64,000 nucleotides of DNA from Lama guanicoe (GCA_013239625.1 MU053934.1:2994399-3058398); one strand, 5' to 3'. Shown: positions 50,817-62,844, numbered from the stretch's first letter. Made by a program: numbers and translations. The notes: a model not told the origin generated them from the letters alone.

Positions 50817-51965
50817 CTCGGGCAGAGACAGGGCTGTCAGACCCAAGGGGTCCCCACTGCCCACCTTGCCTCCTATAGCCAGGCTGGTTGAGGGGCTCAG
50901 CAAAGCAGCACCTTCCTTTCTCTCCTCCAGCCAGGCGCTCTCTACTCCCCCACCCGCATCCTATAGAAAGGCTCCCCGGCTCCTCAGTTGCTGAGGCCCA
51001 AATTCCAGGGTCAACCTAAGCCTCTCCTTCCCACTCACCACCCCCGCCCAACTGCATCCAAAGCCATCTGCCAACCATCTGCTTCCACCTGCAGAACCAA
51101 TGCTGGACCTTTCCCTTTTCTTTCCTTCTCCTTCCCTCTCCAGGTCTGAGCTCCTACCATCTCTGGACCCCATACAGTCTCCCTGCTTCCACTGCACTCA
51201 GCTACACTCTGTTCTCCGCTGAACCAGAAAGAGGAATTTCCCATAGATCTCTCCCACCCCGGCGTCGGCCTTCTTGCTTTTTTCTGGTGCCCTGAACACA
51301 TAGGCTGTATCTTGCCTTTGCAATGGCTGTTTCCTCTGCTTGGAAGACCCACCCCAGATCCTCACAGGGTCTGCTCTTCTTGACCCCCAGATCTCAGAAA
51401 AGCCTTCCCCGGTCACCCGAGTCTGAAGTAGCCTGGCCCAGTCCCTCTCAGCTGCCTTATCACATTGAATTTTCTTGACAGCACATATCAACATCCCATA
51501 GTGTCCTGTTTCTGGGTGCCGGCTGTCTGCCGGCATCCCCCATGTGAGTTTCCTGAGAGCAGGCAGTTGTCAGGCCCAGCATCCAGCACATAGTAGGTCC
51601 TCAGTGAATGTTTGTTGAGTGAGTGAGTGAGGGAATAAAGGGACCAGTGAGTAAGTGCCCAGCCCCCATGGACTTGGACTATGATGGATTTGAAGAAGGA
51701 AGGGTGGCTGCCCAGGGCCTCCCAAATCTCCAGAGAGGGCAGTCACTGCCTCTTGGCTCTGTAACCCTTGCCTGGAATCTGCCACCAGCTGGACCCCTGA
51801 GGTGTCAGGGGACACATGGAGGGAGGCCAGGGGTGGGGGCAGGCAGTACAGAGGAGCGGCAGGGTTGCTTGGGGGCTGCTGTGACTTTGCTGAGATGAAG
51901 GACGGACAGAGTCACCAGGACAGGAAGGAGGAATCAGGGCAGGTCGGGATGGGACCAGTACTCAC

Positions 51966-52114
51966 CTCCCAGCCTTGACCCGGGGACCTCTTCCGGGCCT
52001 CAGACTCTACATAGCTTGCGATGTAGTGGGAGATCTGGGAGACGTTCCAGGTTATGTTGCAACTGTGGGTCCCTATATGGACAACTTGGAGGGAGTTGGG
52101 GGGCATCAGGCGAA
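51966..52114 (-). CDS. IL2RB: IL2RB exon 6 (FnIII D2)
   Basis: ccag|TT...GAG|gtgagt; 149 nt; RLMPPNSLQVVHIGTHSCNITWNVSQISHYIASYVESEARKRSPGQGWE. Confidence 0.96.
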
Positions 52115-53508
52115 CTGGAGACAAGAAATAAGAAAAAGGGATCCAGATGCTGAGAAAGCCCGGGCGTGCTCCCAGCCTCACCTTTGCACCTGTATTCCCC
52201 TCTCCCGTGTGCCTGTCCCCCAGAAATGAGCAGGTCCCTGCTCAAGCATCGCTTATTCAGAGAAGCCTTCCCCGACCACCCACCACCCTCTGTCCCCCTC
52301 ACCTATTCTCTTTTTCTTCCTAGCACTTATCACCACCGGACATATTAAATCTCTACTTCTGGACCTTTGTTCATTTTCTGTCTCCCCCACCAGACTGTGA
52401 GCTCACTGAGGGCTTGGACTCGATTCTCCCGTGTAGTCTTGGTGCCTGGAACATTAGCTGGCACTTAAGAGGCACTTGATTAAATGTCTGCTGAACGGAT
52501 GAATCAAGGCAGCCTTTCTCAGCACTCGGAACCGATGTGAGAATTTTACTTGGATAGTCTCGTTTATTTAATTTTATTTTATTTCATCCATCTTATATTA
52601 TCATACGATTGTATGATTCTGAAGTTAAGCTGTCCTAGGTACTTATAATTCTGAGACTCTGTAGAGCTACACAGCTAATAACAAGCACACGTTTGCTGAG
52701 CATGTGCTAAGAAGATTCTGTGTCTTGGCTTATAGACTCCTTACAACAACCATGGGTAACTGGTTATCCCCACTTTACAGATGAGGAAAACGGAGGCTCA
52801 GGTATGTTAAATGATCTGTCAGTCAGATCACACTCAATTAAGGCAGGGCTGCATTTAGAACCCTACCTGGATCTCATCCTCTGCCTGCTCTCTTTCCTAG
52901 AGATGGCCCCCAAGATCGGGGTGGGAAAAGCTGAGGGTGGGGCAAGGCCCTCAGTCATTCAGCAAACCTTCAGAGAGTACTGCCCTGATGAGGCCTGGTG
53001 CTGAGTACTCGGAACAGAGACATAGGGATGGGACAGCAGAGGCTCTTCCCTCAGGGAACTGCACAGCCCAATGAGGGAGACAGACTCATAATCAGGCAGC
53101 AAAGACCCAGGACATAAACACCCTGGGCTAGGGCTAGGGGAGTCTGGGAAAGCCTCCTGGAGGAGGTGACTTCACTGAACCTCAAAGGGCGAGTGGCAGG
53201 TGAGAAGAGCTTTCTAAGCAGTGGGACCAGCACGTGCAAAGGCTGAGAGGCATGGGTGAGCAAGTTGAGTTCAGAGAGCTGGCCTTTGGTGTGGCAGGAA
53301 TAGAGGCCACAAGAGGAGGCGGGCTGGAGAGGGAAGCCAGGCAGGATCCTGAAGGGCCTTGAACACCCAGGGTAAGGAGCTGGGACTTCATCCCAAAGGC
53401 AGTGAGCTGGTCAGATGTGGGAGTGGAAGCTGACTGGCAAGGTGATCCCAGAGCAGGAGACAGGGAGGGAGGAGCCCACCCCAGCCCCACCCTGGATGCC
53501 TCACTCAC

Positions 53509-53614
53509 GGTTGTCAAAGGGCTTGAAGTCCTGGGTCATCACCGTCCTCCACTTCTCCCCTTCACGGCATATCACTCTCAAGCTGGTGACCTCAACTACG
53601 GTCACTTTCTGAGA
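53509..53614 (-). CDS. IL2RB: IL2RB exon 5 (D1)
   Basis: gcag|TCT...AACC|gtgagt; 106 nt; SQKVTVVEVTSLRVICREGEKWRTVMTQDFKPFDN. Confidence 0.96.
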
Positions 53615-53748
53615 CTGCAAGGGAAGGAGGGCAAGGATGGAGCTGCCAGCAGCTGGAGTAGGGAGGGGGAGACTGTTGCGATGAGGACGAGGAGACAGGA
53701 CCCAACTGGAATGAAGATGGAGCCCCTCCCCGTGCCCCACCACTAAGG

Positions 53749-53979
53749 CGGGGCTCTGCAGACTTTCTGTAAAGGGTCAGATAGTAAATTTTTTTGTCTT
53801 TTCAGGTCATATGGTCTCTGTCACAACTATTCAACTTTGTCATTGTCATTGTCGTGTGAAAGCAGCCATAAAAAACATGTAAGCAAATGGGCATGGCTGT
53901 GTGCCAATAAAACTTTATTTATAAAAATTAGCAGAAGGCTGGATTTGGCCCATGGACCATAGTAGTTTGTTAACCCCTG
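53749..53979. mobile_element. MER58A-like hAT-Charlie element
   Basis: ctttctgtaaagggtcagatagtaaat...ggcatggctgtgtgccaataaaactttattta...gtttgttaacccctg. Confidence 0.8.
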
Positions 53980-55810
53980 ATCTCAAGTGAAGTGAGCTGC
54001 CTTGGGAGAGAGGGAGTTCTCCATCACAAGAGGTGTGCAAGCAGGATGAGCCCCCACGAGGGCGCTGGTCCGGACTTGGACTTGTGTAATAGCTTTGAGT
54101 GTGAAAGCTTCCCCTCCCCCATCTCTCTCCAGTCCCAAACCCTGACTTTTCTGGAAAGAAATGGGCAGAGCATCTCCTGTGGGCAGGCACTGCTCCAGGG
54201 CCTTAGCCACTTCTCTGGCTGACTCTCACAGCTGTCCAGCCCCACACTGCAGGTGAGAAACCTGAGGCTTGGGTGGGTCAAGGGACTTGCGCAGAGTCAC
54301 ACATCTGGACAGCAGGGGAGTCTGGATTCAAACTCAGGCCTCTGCATCCACAGTCCCACAGAGAGACTGCAACCCAGGTGGTGGGCTGCCGAGTGAACAG
54401 CTCACAGTGGCCTTCCCTCAGTGCAGAGGGCAGCCCTGCGGCCCGCAGGAGGAAAGTCTGGTGCAGGCCCTGTCAGCATCTGCGTTCTGGGGTCTGGGGT
54501 GCTGTTTTCAGGTCCAGGACCCCAGGCACCATCCCTCTGACCTACTGCGGGCCCCTCTATGAACAAACCTTGAACCTGATCATCAGCATTCCTGGAGCTG
54601 GGAACAATTGCTCCCTCTCCAAGCCAAGGACCCTGCCCTGGCCTTCCTCTAACTACAGTGAGGGGCCAGATAATAATAGCATTTTCCCAGATAATAATAG
54701 TATTATCATATTATTATTACTACTACTGTTGTTGTTGTTTTAAAGATGCCAATAATACAATCTGCTGAGCGCTGACTGCGCCAGGCACTCTGCTAAGCCC
54801 TTCACATGTGTTATCTCCTTTAATTCTCTCAACACCGAATGAGACAGACACTATTACTCTTCTCATCCTACAGCTGAAGAGACAAAGCACAGAGAGGCTG
54901 AGGGACTTGCCTAAGGCCACACAGCTAAGTGAGGCAGGGAGCTGAAGCCAGACTATCTGCAGAGCTCAGGGGGATGGGCATAGCAATCTGTTTTGAAGGG
55001 CTCTGCCTTTATTAGCTACAATGTGTCAGCCCATCTCCACATTCTCCTGCCCCTTGAGAATGCATGTCACCTGATGATGGTTGGACAAGGTGGGCTGGGC
55101 GTCCCTGGTGCCCATCACTGCCAAGAAGGGTTTGCTGGATAATAAATGCTAGCTCTGCCACTCTCTGTCTATGTGACTCGGGCAGGGGCCATGTCTCTCT
55201 GAGCCTCGGTTTCCTCATTGGTAAGAAGGGAGCAGCGCTCGTTCCCACCACCGGGGATCGTGTCAAGTGCATGCTCTGCTCTGGGTGGCATTCTAAGTAC
55301 TTGACCCTCAGAATAACCCACAAGGAAGGCACCATTGTTATTCCCTTTTACAGAAGGGAAAACTGAGACTCAGAAGCTGCCCAATGTCACCCAGTGGGTG
55401 TACGAGGGAGCCAGGGCTGGCACCCAGACCGCCCGACTCTGCAGTCCACACTCAACCCCACACCACCCTGCGCTTGCCCGCCTCGGGAGAAGTCAGGTGT
55501 GGTGGTTATTATTATTAGAAGGCATTCTCCCCACTTGATAAGAAGCATGGGAATGTCGCAGGATCCACAAAGTACGGGGGACACAGCAGGAGCAGAGGCA
55601 GAGTGGCCGATGTCCCATGTCCCTTGGAACTCTCAGTCCCCTGGGTCAGACCTACTTTCTCCCTTGGAAGCTGCCCTCCTCCCTCTGCCTCTCCAGCCCC
55701 GGGACGCCCGCTCTGCGGCAGCCCGCAGCCACTGGGGGCTTCTCCCCGGGAGGGCACCCCTCTGCTCCGGCTGGCCTGGCCACCGGGGCCTCTCCCTCAG
55801 TGATACTCAC

Positions 55811-55889
55811 ATCTGGGGGTCCAAGTATCAGGTTACATGCCCAGGATCCCGGCCTCACTGGGAGCAGCTCACAGGATTTGTTCCACCGC
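55811..55889 (-). CDS. IL2RB: IL2RB exon 4 (D1)
   Basis: ttaaag|G...GAT|gtgagt; 79 nt; RWNKSCELLPVRPGSWACNLILGPPD. Confidence 0.96.
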
Positions 55890-56685
55890 CTTTAAAGACA
55901 AAAGAACTCCCCTTAGAGGAAAAACAGGGACCCCCTCCCCAGAGCTGGCCCTTGGGATTGTCCCCGGGCAGCGTGACTAGTCTGTGCCAGGTTACTCCCC
56001 GACCTGCACCACCTCCCGTCATGGGCACCTTTTCCTGCCCTCCCTATCCCAGCCAGTCCCTACAGCATCTAAAGAGATTTTCTACAAATGAGGACTACAG
56101 GACACTTGGTCCTCCCCACCTAAATCCCTCCAAAGTCTTCCCGTAAGGTGTAGGGTGAAGGCGACCCTTGACTGGGCCTTCAGAGCCCCATGGAATCACC
56201 ACCCACTTGGGAACCAGTGTCAAAGCCCAAAGCCTCCTTTGCTGGCTGCCACCAAATGTTTCCGTCATGGCGACCCTTCACTGAATCCCTCCCAGCCTGA
56301 AGGTTCCAACCACTCCCTGGTCCTCTGTCCCCACAGGTGCTTTAGGGGTCTCTCAAAATCCCAGGTTACTCAGATAGCTTGGGGAGCCCCATCTCCCCCA
56401 CCTCCACCTCCGCTTCTAAAATCAAGTTCAGTGTTGGCATAGCAGGCGTGCGACCCAGAGTCGTCCAGCTCGTGTGCAGTCCCTCCACTGTAGCCTGGAC
56501 CCCATGCCCCACTGCCACCCAGGCTCCAGGAGTCTAAATATCTGATCCACAATTTGTTCCAGACTCCTGATACCAAGAGTCTGTGGGTCCTATTGCCCAA
56601 GATTCTCAAAGTGCAGAGTTCTTGGAGTCTGAGAGCTAGGATTTCAAGAGTCTAAAAGTCAGTGATTACAAGATCCCACACGCAC

Positions 56686-56800
56686 CAAGTATACGGCTGG
56701 GCGTGGATGTAACAGGACATGGCCTGCGGGCCCCCGTCTTGGCTCCAGACGCAGGAGATATTGGCTCTCGAATTGTAGAAGCAGGTGAGCTTGGAAGTGT
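56686..56800 (-). CDS. IL2RB: IL2RB exon 3 (D1)
   Basis: gcag|AC...ACTTG|gtgcgt; 115 nt; TSKLTCFYNSRANISCVWSQDGGPQAMSCYIHAQPYT. Confidence 0.96.
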
Positions 56801-57244
56801 CTGCTGGCAAGACGAGGCGTGCGTGGCTGGCTGCAGGGTGCCCATGGCCCTCTGGGGCTTGCCCGCCACTCCTGCTCCTACCAGATGAGGAGGCGGGCAA
56901 TCCTGGCAGGCAGAGGACGGGTTAGTGGACTCATTTCAGAGAGGACAAAACTGAGCCCTGGAGCCTGCAAGGACCCCCAGGAAGGTCGAGGCAGGGCAAG
57001 GACAGGAAGACAGTGTCTTCCTGAGGCTTGGAGAGGCTTATGGGTGCAGCAGGGGCAGGATGGAGGGACGAGGAAGAAGGTGGTTACCTGATCTCTGGTC
57101 CCATTGCCCCCATCTCCCTCCTCCCCTGCCTTCTGCCCCAGCCAAGGGAGCTTCTGCCAAGAGGCAGGGGCCTCAGAAGTTCTAGAAGGGCCTTGGCCTC
57201 CTCCCTGAGGGAAAGCACAGCTGTCCAGATGCCAGTGTTCTCAC

Positions 57245-57332
57245 CATTCACTGCTGTAGATGCCCGAGGGATGACCAGGGGCAAGAAGAGGACAAGGAGG
57301 AACAGACACCAGGACCCAGCAGGAGCCGCCAT
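57245..57332 (-). CDS. IL2RB: IL2RB exon 2 coding part (signal peptide); exon begins at 57365
   Basis: ccag|GGCTTCC, 33-nt UTR, then GTGATGG; MAAPAGSWCLFLLVLFLPLVIPRASTAVN; donor G|gtgaga. Confidence 0.96.
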
Positions 57333-59249
57333 CACAGCCACGGGTGGGAGCTGGGGAAGGAAGCCCTGGATGGAGGAAGAAAGGGAGAGAGCAAAAGTGA
57401 ACACCCAGCCATATCGTTACCCACCCAAGAGACAGGCTAAGCCCTGCCCTCTCAGGGTACACGCGTCTGCTCCCCACCACGCTGACATAGCCCAGCCTCA
57501 GGGCCTTTGCATCTGCTGGTCCTTTTACTCCACGCATAAGCTCATTCCCTTCCTTCAGAGGTTCGGGGACCCATGTTGTCATTGCTGAAAGCTCTCTGAG
57601 CAGGCCAACCCCCTGTTCAGAAGTGGGGAAAACTGAAGCCCAGAAAGAGGAAAAACTTGCTTATGTCCACACAGGGAGGCCAGCACTGAGCTGGAATTAA
57701 AACTCACCTCCTCTCTACCTGGAAGCCCCGCTCACCACACCAAAACCATTTGTTAAGAGGTTCCTCTATACCAGGCTCTATTTTAAACTCTTTAACTGCA
57801 GCACTAAGACCATCTACTGGAGATGCTCTTATTACCCCTATTTTCAAATGAGGAAACTGAGACACAGAGAGGTGAAGCATATTACCCAAGGTCACACAGC
57901 TGATAAAAGGCAGATATGGAATCTGAACCAGGGTAGACTGCCTGCAGCTCAGGCCGGGGCTTTTCCTCCTGTAACTTCTCTGGCTGCATCTTCCCACCCA
58001 CTGAGATGGTCCACACCATCAATAAACATGTGTTGATTACCTCGTAACAATACTCGTGGGGGGGTACTGAGCACTCACGCTGGGCCAAACACATCACATC
58101 TATGAGTTCGTCTAATCTGCCCAGCAGCTGGGGGTGGGCACTTGTACCACCCCCTTACACAGATAAGAAGACCAAGGCTCCTGCTGTTAACCTGCCCAAA
58201 GTCACATGGCAGAAGAGGCAGAGATGGGATTCCATCCCCGGGCTCCACTCCAAGGCTGTTTCCTTACATCACTCTACCCTGCCCGGACCCTGTCCCAGGC
58301 ACTGGTCCCAGAGGTAAGGCCCACAGCCTCTTTGCCCTGAGGAGTCAGGGCCCAGGAGGAGCACAGGCCAACTGGTGGGTACCTGACCTGGGTGTGGAAA
58401 GGAGCCCAGAGAGGTTCCTAGGCAGGGGCTCCTCCTTGCCCAGGCCACCGTCTCCATAGGAGGGTACATGCCCAGGACAGGGCTGGCTGCCTCTTTCTTT
58501 GGACCCGCCAACCCTCTATGGCACAGAGCACAGGACTGAGACCCCAAAGGGTGCAGAGCCCAGGGAAGAGGCCCCCAAAAAACCCCCTGTGCCTCTTACC
58601 TCCTCCATCATGGCCCTGGGGCAGGCCTACTGTTGATCCAGACCTCAGCCAGCTGGGCCACCCCATGCCCAGGACAGGACCTGGCCCAGAGCCTTGGAGT
58701 GAGAGGAATAAGGCTGGGGGCAAGGGTGTGCAAGATCACAGGAAAGTCAGAGCCAAACTATAGTCCCAGCCAGCAAGTTGGACAGGAGAAGCTGCATTGT
58801 CTAGAATGAGCTCCCCGCCACCCAGAGCCAAAAGGGAGCAGCACCCTACACCAAAAGGACCAAGAGCACAGAGGATGTGGGGGGCAGGGCGGGAGGGCTG
58901 CTGGCAGTCTCTGAGGCTGCACCCTCCTGCAGAGGAGGAAACTGAGTCTCAGGTCGGTTAAGGAACCTGCTCAAGGTCACAGAGCAAGGAAGAGGCCCAG
59001 CCCCATGGAGGGCAAGTCGGACCTCTGAGTCCCCAGCACCCTTGATACTGCGTTCTCATACACACCCATGAGTGTGTGCCCTGCCCTTCACGACTGCAGA
59101 CCCGTGCACACTCATTGACTCATTACATCCCCGCAGCAGTCCTGTGAGTGTGTGTTATCATCCCCATTTGATAGATGCCAAGACTGACACTCAGAGCTGC
59201 CCAAGGGGCTGAACTCCCCAGGTCATCTGATGTCACATTAGAAGAAGAG

Positions 59250-59320
59250 GATGGTGATGGTGATGATGGTGGTGATGGTGATGATGGTGATGGTGGTAAA
59301 GATGACGGTGGTGATAATGA
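59250..59320. repeat. (GATGGT)n-like low-complexity repeat
   Basis: gatggtgatggtgatgatggtggtgatggt... Confidence 0.85.
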
Positions 59321-60553
59321 CTAATTATCTCTCATTCTGCCCGGCACTGTCATTAGCATTTTGCAGATATTACCTCATTTAATGTTCACAGCCACCCTGT
59401 GAGTAGGTACTATTATGACTTCTTTTCTCAGATGAGAAAACTGAAGCACATGTAAGCATCTTGAGTAGAGCTAAGATCTGAACCCAGTCAGTTGTAGCCT
59501 GAGGCCCTGCCGAGGCTGACGTCGTGGGACATGGGGTACAGGGGACTGGGGAGGATGTGAAGCAGGGGCTCAGTTGTAGCCTGAGACGCATCCCGCATGA
59601 CTTGACCTTGATCCCATCTCCCCTCGTCCTCTTCGACCATCCCCCCGCCAACACACACACAATGGGCTCCCTCTTGCTGTTCAAGTCTGGGGGCATCTCC
59701 CTAGCTGGGCATGGGATGTTGGTTGCGGGGAAGGGAAGGAGACCTTTGGGGATGGCTCCACCTCTTAGGTCTTCCAAACCCAGTTAAGGCTGGAGGCCCC
59801 CATCCCCAGGAATGGAGGGAGAGCCTGACCTGGGGGCAGCCCCAGAGATGGAGTCCCATCCCCTCCAGCAGCACCTGGAGATGCTACTGACCTGCCCAGT
59901 CACACAGCCAAGTACAGGACAAAGCTGGACTTGAACCCAGGGGTGTGACCTCCAGCCAAGGGCTCCCAGAAACCTCCCAGCCCACCCACTTCATACCCAG
60001 GTCTCAGAGGAGCCCCTCTCTCCTCCCTCATCCCACAGCCTCCTAAGTGTACTTTCCACAGGGTGTACACTCTGCAGACATCAGGAGGTTGCCCGCATCT
60101 TTCCCACCCACATCCCAGCGCCCTCTCTAGGCACCCAGCCCATTTAAGGCTCAGCTGGCCTTCCGCCTCCCAGTCCTCCCACCTCCTTCTCCCCTCCTGG
60201 GCTGGGAGGCCCAGCAAAGGGCCTGGGGAAGCCCCTCATCCCAGAGCAGCCCCCAGCCTCCCATGGGGAGAGCTGGGAAAGAAGGGAGGCTTAGGACCAG
60301 GGACCAGCTTTTTCTCAAGCAGCCATGAGAGCAGAGCCTTCCTCGCCCCTGGGGGGGATTCTAATATAAACTTGAGAGTGAGGCCAGGAGATGGGAGTTC
60401 AGGCAGAAACTGCTGGAGCATCTGAGTCAGAGCTGAAAATCATCCCCGTGACCTTCATTTCCAGCCCCGTGGCTGGTAGCAGGGGCCAGGACGGAGCCCT
60501 GGGGGAACCTGGGGAGCCGGCAGGGGCAGCGGGAGGGCAAGGTGGGACGTTAC

Positions 60554-60650
60554 CTGGCTGAGACATGGGGCTGCGGGGCACTCTTCCTGCTTCTCTCTGC
60601 TGCTGGGACCTCAGCCATCTCCCCAGGGCCCAGCTCCGGCTCCCTCGGCC
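60554..60650 (-). other. IL2RB: IL2RB non-coding exon 1 (5' end approximate)
   Basis: ...GCCCCATGTCTCAGCCAG|gtaacg; resembles recalled human IL2RB exon 1; GC-rich context. Confidence 0.8.
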
Positions 60651-60689
60651 CAGGTAGTAGACGGCTGATGGGGCCAGACGGCAAAGACT

Positions 60690-60885
60690 AAAACCCCTGG
60701 GCCAGCCTACTTCCTGTGTAGAGAATGGAGGGGCAAGGCCTGGGCTAGGGAGGCGGGGGAGATCTGGCTGGTTAGAAAGCCTGAAACTCCCGTAGCACCA
60801 GGGGCCAGATAAAGATCTCCCTCCTCCGCTGGGGGGTTCAGGCGGGTCGGAGGGGGGAGCACCGTGGGTGTGGCGGCAGCGGGCG
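60690..60885 (-). promoter_or_regulatory. IL2RB proximal promoter (Ets site, GC/GT boxes)
   Basis: ACAGGAAGT Ets/GABP site at 60709-60717, about 60 bp upstream of exon 1 as described for human IL2RB; GGGAGGCGGGG and GTGGGTGTGG boxes further upstream. Confidence 0.65.
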
Positions 60886-61312
60886 CACATGTACACACTC
60901 ACACACATGCCATCACTCCCAAATAGATGCTTTGCTGCACACAGGAGCCCATCATGGCAAGGCCCCTGCTTTTCCCTCCCATCCCACCCCCACCCCAGCT
61001 CACAGGCCACCTCCAGCCTCTGACACCTTCATCGGTCACACACACACACCCAGGAACATGCAGGCCTCCCACAAACGTTTCTCTTTAGGTGTACCCCAGT
61101 CATGGGATAAGACACCCCATCTCTCTGAGACTTCCCTTTACATCCAGCCTTCCAGGATACCCCTTACTCAGTTTAGCACTAAGAGGTGACAATTTTGAGG
61201 GGCTTTGCAAACAATTTGATGGCCACTTACTGAATATTCTAGAACCCTCCTCTTCCCCTCAAGTCATGGTTTATAATTTCTTTTTGCTGGGGAGGGGAGA
61301 TAGGCTCAGGGC

Positions 61313-61430
61313 TTTTTTGGGGAGGGGGGAGGGTAATTAGGTTTTTTTTTTTTAATGGAGGTACTGGGGATTGAACACAGGACCTCGTGCATGCTGAGCA
61401 CACACTGTACCACTGAGCTGTATTCTCCTC
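61313..61430 (-). mobile_element. tRNA-Ala-derived SINE, camelid Vic-1 type
   Basis: Minus strand: ...acagctcagtggtacagtgtgtgctcagcatgcacgaggtcctgtgttcaatccccagtacctcca + A-tract + cctaattaccctccc; A- and B-box-like motifs. Confidence 0.8.
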
Positions 61431-62138
61431 CGACTTTTTTTCAAATGATGAAACGTTACACACCCCTCTTGGAAAGATGCACGCCTATTCATGCTCAGTG
61501 TCACAGACCCAGGAACTCTGAAATTAGTGTCAGAAGCAACAGCTCTGCTGTCTCCCGATTTTAAACTCTCTGCTCCGGGGCAGAGGGGGCGGCAGGGTTG
61601 GGGGGTCCTTGTGAGCAGCTGTCTCTTTCAAAGAAGAGAATGGGGCGAGCAGGAGGGGCCGCAGGAAGAGCCGCTCCGCAGAAATTTCTGTCCGCAGAGA
61701 AGTGGGAAAACAGATTTGAAGACCTCGAGGGGAGAATCAGGCCACCCCCTTCTGAGCGGGAGGGCAGTGTTGCCAAGAAAAGACAGATCTGATTCGAGGC
61801 CATTTGAAAGCTGAGTGACAAGCCTCCCTGTGCTTTAATGTCCACGCCTGTAGAATGAGGGGTAACAGCTCCTGCTGGGGTGTTCGGAGGAGCAAACAGC
61901 CTTCCAGGTGTAGAGTGCCTCGCCTAGGGACCACGCATGCGCAGTAGGCTCGCAATACCGCCCCCCCGACCCCCTCCGGAGCAAGGCTTTCTGACTGCAG
62001 GAGAGGGTAGCAAATGCAAGCACCCCAAAGATGAGGATAATAGCTGTGAGCTATTAAGTTTCTTGGAAGCTTCTCAAGAAATGGGAAATGCTGGTTCTCC
62101 CAGGGAGGAAAATCAGGTAAGGAAAGGGTAGGAAGACC

Positions 62139-62167
62139 GTTTTGTTTTTTGTTTGTTTTCTTGTTTG

Positions 62168-62198
<31 letters not shown>

Positions 62199-62200
62199 TT
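62139..62200. repeat. (GTTTT)n repeat
   Basis: Direct reading. Confidence 0.9.
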
Positions 62201-62844
62201 GCTATAGACCCTTTTATACTGCATGTAGGTATTTCCTGCCCGAAAACATGTGAATTCAGTTAAAACTTTAAAAAACACATATAAAGAAGAAATATATCCC
62301 CCAGGTGAAGACAGACATCGTGGACCCAGCTTGCAACGGTTCTGTCCATGGTGTTGGCCTTGGCCTGCCCTGCGTGTCCTCCTGGTCCTCCATCCCTCTG
62401 CCCTTCTTTCATTCATTCCGCAAACATTTCCTGAGCACCCAGGTTGCCCCAGCGGCCGGGTCAGGCAAGGAGGAGCCTGAGGTGACCGATGCCAGCCCTG
62501 CTGTTATGAGCGGCACGCAGGCAGGCTCAGGTGGGACCAGGGGAGGTGGCTGTAACCAGCCACGTGCCCTGGGTGTGGGGGTGCAGCATGTGCAGGGGCA
62601 GCCCCCAGACTCGGCATCCCCTGCTTCAAGCCCCGGGGTCTGGGGCTCTGCTTTTGCCAAAGGACTCAGTCCAGGTGGAGAGGCAGGGGGTGGGCCACAC
62701 TGAGCCAGGAAAATAATCCTACACATTCTCCGCATCCCCCACCTGCAACCTCACAGCTGTGGAGCATGTCGGAGGAGGCGCAGCGTGGTATGAGGGAGCA
62801 TGGGAATGTGTCCCCTTACCCCGCTGTGCCCTCTGTCCTGGGCA

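Noticed and set aside
55394..56146. 250-aa + strand ORF antisense to IL2RB exon 4
   Set aside because: Non-ATG start, begins in MIR-like sequence, Pro/Ser-rich composition typical of chance GC-rich ORFs
61357..61430. Possible functional tRNA-Ala gene
   Set aside because: Diverged stems plus A-rich tail and SINE-type 3' extension indicate a retroposed SINE
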